Shown here: positions 40,873 to 52,790 of the stretch, in pieces
How the letters are laid out: every line of letters begins with the position of its first letter
Numbering within the stretch: the first letter of the stretch is position 1
NCBI GenBank assembly: GCA_951406725.2
Contig: OX597822.1
Coordinates: 38,316,001 to 38,380,000, forward strand
DNA length: 64,000 bases
Reading direction: 5' to 3'
Source: Octopus vulgaris
Lineage: Eukaryota
The notes under the pieces: generated by a model
What the model was told of the DNA's origin: nothing
Seen by the model: the letters and a program-made list of their open reading frames with translations, nothing else
Databases searched by the model: none
Position numbers and translations under genes: made by a program

Positions 40873-40945
40873 TTATTTAGCACTGGTGTCTTGCCAAGGA
40901 GATAGATCAAGTTCAACTACATTATGTCTACTCACATAAGGATTC
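40873..40945 (-). CDS. Peroxidase last coding exon (NPYVSRHNVVELDLSPWQDTSAK*)
   Basis: (tc)n tacag|...TAA; NP....DLS.W C-terminal motif. Confidence 0.87.
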
Positions 40946-43900
40946 CTGTAGAGAGAGAGAGAGAGAGAATTATGTCAATATTTACATCTTATTTCATTAA
41001 AAAATTTTTTATTAGCAATTATCATTATTAACCCTTAAATAAACTTTTCCCAAGTCTTCCTTCACTAACCAGGCCCTAGAAACGGTTTTTAAACCCAACC
41101 AAATGATCTAACTACCTCTCCTTTTATTTCTACTGCTCCCAGCCAGCCTCTTTCAGTCACAATTCCACCTCAACACTGAGAAACCGTTCACTTCATCTCC
41201 TCATTATAGCTGTTATGTCTGTCTGTGTAAAGTGAATCTGTTGCAGTTGGAAGTTACATTTAAACAAATTCAGATTATTCTGTCAATTGTAAAGCTTGTT
41301 CATTCACATTGCTTTCAAGATTTCGATGTGGTGATTGTTTATTTTCAGAATCACATTGTAGGGTAGGTGTGAGAGGCTGGATGTGGTCAGTTCAAACTGG
41401 CAGTCTGACAATGGCTTAGCTGGCCAAAACTTTGAAGTCACTGTCAATAATATTTTGGGTTTAAGAATAATATATGTATATATATGTATCTGACTCTCTT
41501 GATATATATGTGTGTGTGTGTGTATATATATATATCATCATTTAACGCCTGTGTTCCATGCTAGCATGGGTGGGACGGTACCACAAAGGCCAACCAGGCT
41601 AAAGCCTGCACCAGACTTCCGTGACTTTTGGCAGGATTTTTACAGCTGGATGCACTTCTTAACACCAACCACTCATCAAAGTAGACTTAGTGCTTTTTAC
41701 ATGGCACAGGCGAGGTCAGTTTTGGCAAAGTTTTTACTGCTGGATGTCCTTCCGAACACAGTGTGGACTGGGTGCTTTTAAGTGGCACCTTCACCGACAG
41801 GGTCATCAAGTACTTGCAAGACAAAAACTTTTAAGAGGGGAGTTGATGATGAAAAGTTTATAGTGAGGCAGCTACACACGTTATTTTCCTTATTTAGCAT
41901 ATGTTTTCTATGCTGGCTGCATGTGATAGGTATTTGAGGATGCTTGTCAGTATATTTAGTCTCTTCAAACCAATTATAAAGGTTTTTATTTCTACCAGAT
42001 CCTCCATGGCAGATAAAATGCTAACACAAGTAATGAAAAGATGTCATCAATAGCTATGTGCAGAACATAGCTATCACTTTGGCAATTTCTAAATTGCTGT
42101 GACTTTTGTTAGGGCCAAAACAACTGATGAATGTCAACTCCTGTGTTGTTCATTAACAAGCTATCAACGTTTGGTCAATGATTGAAGATCATAAAATCCC
42201 TTATACTTACAAATGACTGTTAACATGAAATGCTGACTTTGGAACTTTGCTCAACTTTGTGGTTCTCATTAATACTTTATGCATGTTCGTTAATTGTATT
42301 TGATACAGCTGATCTGTAATAGAAAATAATTTCATTAAATAACAGGATATTATGATGGATGTAAAAGTAATATGAAATACAAAGCATCATTTTGACATCT
42401 AATTTTCCAGGTTAGCATAGGTCTCCAACACCTCATCATCATCAATATCATCATTGTTTAATGTTTGCTTTTCCATGCTTGCATGGGTTAGATGGGATTT
42501 GTTACGGTGTATTTTCTACAGCTGGATTCCTTTCCTGTCATCAACCTTCCAAATGAGACAACATTTCTCTCATGGCTAAATATGTTTTCACAGAAAGATT
42601 GAAAACAAAGGACACCACTTTCATGATTGTGGCACTTGTTAACTATTATGCAATGTCAAGGTAAAGAGATGTAAGATATCAAACATGCACATATATGATG
42701 CTTTCATCAACCTGGGGTTACAGTAGAAGACTTTTGCTCAAGGTGCCACTCTGGGACAGCATGATGCTTATTAACTTAATATATTAAATAGAGGATACCA
42801 TCACATCATACAGTTACTCTACTGAGTTGGCAGTCTACTCTGTCCTCCGTGGATGCACATGGCTGAGTGGTTAAGGTGTTGGACTCATGATTATGGTTTC
42901 AATTCCTGGACCAGGTGATACATTGTGTTTGTGAACAATATACTACATTTCATGTTGCTCCTGTCCATTCAGCTGGCAAAAATGAGTAATCCTGACAGAC
43001 CAGCATCCTGTCCAGGTTGGGAATATATACATCTGAGAAAACTCAAAGAGCCAGTTTCCAGGTTTTCTCAGATGTATATATTCCCAACCTTTAATCTTCA
43101 TTATATAGCCATTGATGTCAAAGCTCCTTCCTCAGGAAGGAGCTTTATTATTATCTGCTTTCTGTAGTATTAAACATAGGAGACCACCATCACCACTACT
43201 GTGACCAAAACCATTTTAAAGATGAGAAACCAAATAATAATAAAGTTACCTTCAGAAAATACTTTCTCTTCCTCGTACCAATATCTGTCTCCAAACTTGA
43301 GGGCATGGAATTGCTTGGCCATTATACAGGCATAAGTTGGTCCTACTATCCCTCCTTTAACAGGGATCTCCGTTAAACCACCTACAACTAGATCTACATC
43401 ATTTGGATGCCTGAAATAAATGGAGATAATCATTGTTTAGAAAGTATTAGAGATGTGTTGGTGTTTAACCCCCAGATTTAGTCTTCATCATATAGCCGTT
43501 GATGTCAAACTCCCAAATCTGATTCCTGTCACACAGCTTTTGATGTTTAAACCTGAACCGAGTCAAAGGAAATCAAGCCATGGCCATACTCTCTCATTTT
43601 ACCCAGGACTACATTATCTTATATGTTCTTTCTACTTTAGATATTATTTGGCTGCTATTTTTCTCTAGCTTTTCTGTTTTTTTTTTTACTGCAAAAATGG
43701 TTTCGTCATGTCATATAAACATGTGAATTACTGAAACAGATGGAAGGAATTTCAAACAACTGATTAGGAGTGTCAGAGGACAAACAGAAAATGTTACTGG
43801 TTCAGTACTGGTACTGTACTGAGCTACACTGAACTACATCAGATTGTATTGTCCTGATCCACACGGTAGTACACTTTATGCTAAAATAGTAGAGCCAAGA

Positions 43901-46900
43901 CTCTCAAATTACACTCTACCTTCTTTAAAGGAAAGAAAGGATTCCTTGGACTGTATAGTTGATACACTATCTGAAGGATCATCATTGGAACCTTTTCGAC
44001 CAGAAATCTATACACTCTACCTTCTTTAAAGGAAAGAAAGGATTCCTTGGACTGCATAGTTGATACACTATCTGAAGGATCATCATTGGAACCTTTTCGA
44101 CCAGAAATCTACACACTCTACCTTCTTTAAAGGAAAGAAAGGATTCCTTGGACTGCATAGTTGATACACTATCTGAAGGATCATCATTGGAACCTTTTCG
44201 ACCAGAAATCTACACACTCTACCTTCTTTAAAGGAAAGAAAGGATTTCTTGGACTGTATAGTTGATACACTATCTGAAGGATCATCATTGGAACCTTTTT
44301 GACCAGAAATCTACACACTCTACCTTATTTAAAGGAAAGAAAGGATTCCTTGGACTGCATAGTTGATACACTATCTGAAGGATCATCATTGGAACCTTTT
44401 CGACCAGAAATCTACACACTCTACCTTCTTTAAAGGAAAGAAAGGATTCCTTGGACTGCATAGTTGATACACTATCTGAAGGATCATCATTGGAACCTTT
44501 TCGACCAGAAATCTACACACTCTACCTTCTTTAAAGGAAAGAAAGGATTCCTTGGACTGCATAGTTGATACACTATCTGAAGGATCATCATTGGAACCTT
44601 TTTGACCAGAAATCTACACACTCTACCTTCTTTAAAGGAAAGAAAGGATTCCTTGGACTGTATAGTTGATACACTATCTGAAGGATCATCATTGGAACCT
44701 TTTCGACCAGAAATCTACACACTCTACCTTCTTTAAAGGAAAGAAAGGATTCCTTGGACTGTATAGTTGATACACTATCTGAAGGATCATCATTGGAACC
44801 TTTTCGACCCAAGATCTACACAACAACAATAAATATATGTAGAGGGAATTCACTGGTACTTCATTTTACAGAGTCTAAAAGGAAGAATGTAAATCATCAT
44901 CATCATTTAATGCCCATTTTCCATGCTGGCATGGGTTGGATGGTTTGACCAGGGCTAGCAAGCTGGAAGACTGTACCAGACTCCAGTCTGACTTGGAATG
45001 GTTTCCATGGCTGGATGCCCTTCCTCACATCAACCACTTTACAGAGTGTGCTGGGTGCTTTTACATGGCACTGCAAGGGTGTTTTTACATGGTGTTGCAT
45101 GGGTACTTTTGCATGGCACTGTCATGAGTGCTTTTCACCACCAGAGGGATCAGTCTTAACACTTCTGCTGTGGAGGACAGGTCTTCTTGAGCACAGCAAG
45201 GCACCAAGCATCTTGGTCCTTTGTCATAAAGGCAATAATAATTCTTTTTTACCATAGGCACAAGGCCTGAAATTTGGTGGGGTGACAGCTAATCAATGAC
45301 ATTAACTCCAGTGCTTGACTCGTACTTATTTTATTGACTCCAGAAGGATGAAAGGCAATCAACCTTGGTGGGATTTGCCTGCAGACTATAATAATAATAA
45401 TAATAAAAAGCACCATCCGAATGTGGCCAATACCAGTGGCCCCTGACTGGCTCCTGTGCTGGTGGAACATAAAAAGCACTATTTGAACATGATCAATGCC
45501 AGGCCCGCCTGACTGGCTCCTGTGCCAGTGGAACATAAAAAGCACCCACTACACTCTCAGAGAGGTTGGCATTAGGAAGGGCATCCAGCTGTAGAAACAT
45601 TGCCAGACCAGATTGGAGCCTAGTGCAGCCGCTGGCTCTCCAGACCTCAGTCAAACCGTCCAACCCATGCCCGCATGGAAAATGGACGTTAAATGATGCT
45701 GATGAATGATATATTTTGTCTTGGTATAAATGATGGGCTACAGCAAATATTATGCTCAAGACCAAAGATTTGCTTGCCAGTTGCTTGACCTTAACCAGTT
45801 GAGCATGTCCCTTGGTGGCTGACGATATGTGCATCTCTGATCACGAGCAGAAGTAGTTGGGGAGCATAATAGCCATGTGTTGAGAGGGATTGTTTGGGGT
45901 TTGGATAATTCACCTCTGGAAACATGGGTGTTTCATTCAACATCCTTAAACAACCCTTATTCAGGGAGCTTTTGAGTGGGATGGGCTACTCGACCTGAAG
46001 AAAATTTTAACTGGGCCCCACCTGCAAGGTCATGTGCTGTTTATCTTGATATGAGATCACCAAGTCGTGGACACATGGTTGTGATGCATGTGCCTGGTGT
46101 ACCCTTATCAGATGGGTAGTCATGATGGGTATATTGTGCTTTGTATATTTTACCCCAGTGTCATTTTGATGGCATGCACTGTTCTCTCACTCAACAATAA
46201 CAACAATAATAATAATAATAATAATCCTTGCTATATAGGCCTGAAATTTTAGGGGCAGGGACTAGCTGAATGTATTGACCCCAGTGCTCAATTGGTACCT
46301 ATTTTTACCAACCTTGAAAGGAAAATTGAAACTCAATGGGATTAGGATGCTGAACATAAAGATAATAACAACAACAATAATCCTTGGCCTGAAATTTGCA
46401 GGGAGGGGGGGCTAAGTTGATTACATTGACCCAAGTGCTCAATTGGTACTTATTTCATCGACCCTGAATAGATGAAAGGCAAAGTTGACCTCGGTGGAAT
46501 TTGAACTGAGAACGTAAAGACAGACGAAATATTGCTAGGCATTTAGCCCGGCGTACAAACAATTCTGGCGCTTAATTTATCAACCCCCGAAAGGATGGAA
46601 GGCAAAGTCGACCTCAGTGGAATTTGAACTCAGAACGTAAGGATGGATGAAATGCCGCTAAGCATATTGCCCCACATGCTAACTGTTCTGCCAGCATGCT
46701 GCCTTAGTAACAACAACAACAACAACAACAACAATAATAATAAAAATAGTATCTTAAGTACATTCGGTAACTTACGCATAAATTTTTTTGAATTGCTTGA
46801 CAACTTGATGTTTGTGGTCTTTGAATCCATGTTTCTTGGTATGGAAGCGTAACGCTGGCTTCAATCTACACCATTTCCTCCATTTATTGTATGGCGGCAG

Positions 46901-49900
46901 ACCGTGGTCACGGCCTCGCTGGATATTTCGTGCCATCAGATCCATGTCCCCAAATAATTTTTCAGTTACAGCAGACGTTATCATCATGTCGGAAGCAATG
47001 CGAGCCTTGTCTCTCAGGAGACCCCTTAGCAATGCAACCATTTCAGTATGTGCTGCAAACAACGGGTCGACTTTCTCAAACATCTGACTCAAGTCTTCTT
47101 TAATCTTAAATGGGCAACCAGCAAAAGGCGGACTTGTGGTAGGTATTACTGTACTGGCCGTATAAAACTGATGTTTCTTAAAAATATTTCCAGTTAGAGA
47201 CTGAGGAGTGCATAGTGGACGTTGACTGGGACAACTACCTATGAATAACAGGTTGTCTGGAAGCATGCCATGGCCGAAACGGAATACTGCTGTGGCAAGG
47301 CCATTCTCAACAGATGGGTTTATTTTATTGTTGTATTCTGTGAAAGAGATGAAAATAAACACAACACTATAGAAATATCTAATATATCATAACCACATAA
47401 ATGGGAGACATCTTCAAAATGAAGTAGCAAGAGTTCACTCACCATAACTGGACGATGATAGCAAATTGTTGCGGACACAAATGTCTGCCCCAATGATGAT
47501 TGGTAAAAATTCATTGTAGAAAATATGTTGCATTTCAGCAGCGACAATCTTACGTGATTCTTGAAACAGTTTTTCGTCCTCCCAGTGGGGATTCAAACGG
47601 GCCAGTTCGACTGCAAGCCTGTTGTGTTCCCTCATCCAAATTACGTGGTTTACTGCTAAGGCAGGGTTTTCGTTAATACGGGTATCGCCTGACAATGTAA
47701 TGACAAGGAAAAAAACGTTTGATGTTCATGTTGCCTCTAGATATTTGTAATTTGTTTATTTAGTCCCAAGTCAGTAAAACCCTCTGACCCAGCAGATGCA
47801 GGACTAAATACAATCATGACATCATCATCATCATCATCCTATCTTATTTTCAGACACAGAAGAGCTAAAACAATTAGTATAAATGTGTGTATGTGTGTAT
47901 GTATCTATGTGCTTTTGTGTGCATGTTTGTATGTGTGTGTGTATGTCTATGTGCCTTTATGTGCATATGTGTATGTGTGTGTATATCTATTGCCTTTATA
48001 TGCTTGTGTGTATGCGTATGTATGTGAGTGTCTATGTACCTTTGTGTGCATGTGTGTGTGTCTTTGTGTGTATGTGTGTGTGTATCTATGTGCCTTTGTG
48101 CACATGTGTATGTAGGTGTGTGTCTATGTGCTTTTGTATGCATGTATGTATGTGTGTGTATGTCTATGTATGTCTATGTGCCTTTGTGTGCATGTGTGTG
48201 TGTGTGTGCGTGTGTGCATGCATATGTTCGTGTATACCTGTGTGTGTGTGCTTATGCTTTTGTAGTGTCCACCTCTACTTTGCAACTTAGTAATTTCACA
48301 AACAGAAATCAATAACATAAGGGATACTAAAATACGAACTAGAGTCAATATAGTTGATTAAAGCTATTGAAGACAGTGGACAGTGTCCTTGTATGCTGTT
48401 CACAGTCCAGTACAACTAGCAAAAGAAGATATCATTATCATGATTATCCTCAATTAACATCCAATCTCCATGCTGGCATGAGTTTGACAGTTTGACAAGA
48501 GCTGGAGAATGAATGCCCAACACTGCATTGGTAGATAAATATTCCTTGTTCATGGATTAACAAGGCAACCAATGGTTTCATGTGGAAGAAATCTCCACAA
48601 TTATTTAAGCAAACCACTTGAGAATGTCAGTACTTGTCTCAATTTTGGATGTATTCTCACACACAAGTATGCATACATGCAGGCACATGCACGTGCGTGC
48701 ACACACACACATGCACACACACTGCAGGTATCATTTGCCAAGCTCTACTGAGTGCCAAACTCTACTGTCTGCTTTGACATGGTTCCCATGGCTGGATGCT
48801 TGTAATATGGCACCAGTACCAGTGAAGGCAACAAATAGCATGCAAGATAAAACCCCTCAACCAAGTGTTAATATATATATATTATAAATTATATATTGAC
48901 TGAGACCTCAAGATTCACTTAGCAGCTTATCGAGTTGGTATATAGACCATGAATGAAGCTCTCATGGTCCTACATTTTTTGTCAGCTGCAGCCAATCTTT
49001 CTAATTTAGTAATTTAGAGGATGTAAAACTCTGTTGTGTCTCTTTAATTTCACTCCTGTCAACTTTTTCTTGAAAAGGCATTTTTCACACCTCATGGTAA
49101 GTTCACAGTACTTGTTTTGTTTTGTTTTGTTTATCGATTGATTGGTCGATCCGTCCGTCCGTCCGTCCATCCATCCATCTTGGCGCCTGGTGCAGCCATC
49201 TGGTTCACCAGCCCTCAGTCAAAATCGTTCAACCCATACTAGCATGGAAAGTGGACGTTAAACGATGATGATATATGTATGTATGTATGTATGTATGTAT
49301 ACTGATGAGTACTTTGATATTTGCAAATTCTAAAATGAATTTATATCTATGTACAAAACGAATGCTTGCATGAATAAACTTACAACTTTTTAATATCTTA
49401 TCTCTTTCACTTTTGACAAATATGATTGGATTTGTAGAACTTCATTCCATAAATAAATCATACACTATATATATATATAATGTTAGTATCACACGATGAG
49501 AATGAGTGCCTGACACTGAATTGGTGGATAAATATTCTTTATTCCTGGATTAACAAGGCAACCAATGGTTTCATGTGGAAGAAATCTTCACAATTATTCA
49601 AGCAAACCATTTGGGAATGTTGATACTTGTCTTCATTTTGGATGTATTGTCATACACAACCATACATGCACACATACACGTGCATGCATGCTCTCTCACA
49701 CACACCTAGTATCATTTGATGTGAGTATAACAGTTAGGCTGCATGACCAAAATGATAACAACCGTTTTAGTTGTGCCACCTGATGATTGCAATCGCTGGT
49801 CTAACAAATGCAAACACTGCACTAACAGTTATGCTTTCACCAAGTGCAATCAAAAACTTTTCAGCATGAAACTTGAGTTGTTGCTTCTTTTCCACTTGAT

Positions 49901-50898
49901 CTATAACAAATTGAGTGCATTTACTTGTGTAATTTTATCCAAACTATATATCTTTTCAATACAAGGCCTGAAGTTTTGGGTAAGGGTGTTATTTGTTTAT
50001 ATCAACCACAGTACTCAACTGGTACTCATTTTATCAATCCTGAAAGGATGAAAGGCAAAGGTGACTCATCAGGCCAAAGATACCTTAGTCAAAGGAAGGT
50101 TACATTGTCATCAAGGGATCCCATGTTAACTCACAGGAGATTTGATCCCTTGATGACAATGTGACCGTCATTTGACTGATGAGTAACTAGTGGAGTACTC
50201 CTCATCTAGCAAATTTCTACTTCTGTGGTTCTGCTAGCTATGAAATATATGTAGCATGGGTTTTAACAACTCCATTCCCTAAATGTGGGTTTTTGTTTGC
50301 ATACATGGTAACCCCAGTTGCAATTGTGAACTATAAAATAACCTTTTTCAGCTTATTGAATGTTGATATGGGAGAAATTTACAACTTCTACATTAATAAA
50401 ACATTACTGTTCCCGAAAGCTGCCTTTTATACATTCTACGGACTGCTCAAGGCTTACTAACTTCCTACACATTGAGCCTTGGATCTTACCATTACATATT
50501 ATATACATATACAGTTCTATATTTAAGAGATGAGGAATTATGTACATTATTTACATTTGACAGATATTTGTCCTCATCTTGTTTGTTGTTAACACAACGT
50601 TTTGGCTGATATACTCTCCAGCCTTCATCGGTGTCATGGGGAAATTTCGAACCTGGGTTCTCATTCCTAAGGTATTTTTCGATGTAATAATAATAATTAT
50701 TATTATTCTGGTCACAGCCTGGAATTGAACTTGGAATCTTGGGGTTAGTAGCCCACGTCATAACCACTACGCCAATGGGCATATGGTGTAATTTCCCCAA
50801 GACACCCGATGAAGGCCGGAGGGTATATCAGCCAAAACGTTGTGTTAACAACAAATAAGATGAAGACAAATACCCATCAAATGTAAATAATGTGTATA

Positions 50899-50955
<57 letters not shown>

Positions 50956-51677
50956 GAAATTTACAGAAAAACTAGAGACGAAGACAGATGTATGAACAAA
51001 AGCAGGCGTATTAATTTGATGCTCAGGAGAACGAGAAAGTCTTTTACATTTCGAGCCTATGCTCTTCAACAGAAAGGAATATGAGGAAATACAGAGTGAT
51101 GCACACACACACATATGTATATATGAAAGAAAAAGAAATAAACCTCACCTGCATATAAACAAGGGTAGGTTCTATTTTGAGGCATTACAGAACATTCTGT
51201 TTCTGTGTTGTTATCTAATGGTGGAAAATTTTCCATATCACATGACACAGTTTTCAGCAGACCTAAGGAATATCAACAAAAATTTGCATATAAAGGGGGA
51301 ATGGAGAAGAAGAAAATAATATATGTTTATAGTGTGGGTTGCAGAGAGGGAAGGTTGGTAAAGACAATTTTTCTGGTTTGATTTATAAGGTGTGAAGCTC
51401 ATTTGATAATATCAGCTGACTTGGTTGTTTTTGTGTGAGGGATTGTTGCTGAATCTCCTCAAAAACTTTCTCTCTTTCTTTTTACTTGCTTCAGTCATTT
51501 GACTGTGGTCATGCTGGAGCACCACCTTTAGTCGAGCAAATCGACCCCAGGACTTATTCTTTGGAAGCCTGGCACTTATTCTATCGGTCTCTTTTGCTGA
51601 ACCACTAAGTTACAGGGATGTAAACACACCATCATCGGTTGTCAAGCGATGTTGGGGGGACAAACACAGACACACAA

Positions 51678-51718
<41 letters not shown>

Positions 51719-52740
51719 CGACGGGTTTCTTTCAGTTTCCATCTACCACATCCACTCACAAGGCTTTGGTTGGCCTAAGGCTACAGTAGAAGACACTTGC
51801 CCAAGGTGCCACGCAGTGGGAATGAACCCGGAACTATGTGGTTGGTAAGTAAGCTACTTACCACACAGCCACTCCTACACCTACATTAACTCTTTAGCAT
51901 TCACATTTTTCTGTCAAATGCAATTCCTGTTTATTCAGATTATTTTGAATTAATCATACACTATTTTGTAGCTTTGAGATTTTGGTGTGGTAATTTAATT
52001 TTTAAAATGATATTGTAGGGTTGACATGAGAGGCCAGATCTGCCAGTTTGAACATAGAACATTTGAACATTCAGTCATTTACGGTGGCCATGCTGGAGCA
52101 CTGCCTTGATGTTTGTAGTCAAACAAATAGACCCCAGTACATTTTATTTGTAAGGTACTACAAATTCTAACATCCCTTTATTTTTCTGAACCACTAAGTT
52201 ATGGGGCCTCTCCTGAGCCTATTGGCCAGATATAGCCAGTTTAAATTCTAAAGGGTTAAGAGTACGGGTGGCTGTAGAGTGCTTAACCACTTGCATGTTG
52301 ATTTCACAAGCAGGCGGTTCTGTTGATCAGATAAATTGGAACTTCATCATCGTAACCATGGGAATGCCATTTTGGGTTCAGGTGAGCTTGACATGAAACT
52401 AAATACTGGAAGATAGATCTGTGTAAGAGTTCATGAGGCAGGTAGGTCACATTTAGATCGTAATTTATGTTTTTTTTTTTTTTCTTTTAATAGTTTCAGT
52501 CATTTGATTGCGGCCATGCTGGAGCACTGCTTTTAGTCAAACGAATCGACCCTGGCACTAATTCTATGTAAGCCTATTATTAATTCTATTGGTCTCTTTT
52601 GCTGAACCGCTAAGTTACAGAGATGTAAACACACCAACATTGGTTGTCAAGCGATGGGGGGGGGGGGGGCACACAAACACAGACACACAAATACATGGAT
52701 ACATACATAATATATATATATATATATATATATATTTTAT

Positions 52741-52790
<50 letters not shown>

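Noticed and set aside
42207-42210. Peroxidase stop at ...HL*
   Set aside because: The TAA is part of a GTAAGT donor; exon 40873-40945 supplies the conserved C-terminus in phase.
43911-44819. CRISPR array
   Set aside because: Whole 101-bp units repeat with no unique spacers; eukaryotic intron; no cas genes.
46812-47103. + strand ORFs
   Set aside because: Antisense shadows of the large peroxidase exon.
47816-48348. Cys/Val- or His/Thr-rich ORFs
   Set aside because: Translations of (TG)n-type repeats.
49705-49790. Extra peroxidase exon with AG/GT-like ends
   Set aside because: Stop in the required phase; exons 51149-51262 and 47443-47688 already join as CLYA-GDTR.
50176-50210. CTGATGA hammerhead candidate (also at 5740)
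   Set aside because: No stem II followed by a GAAA box.
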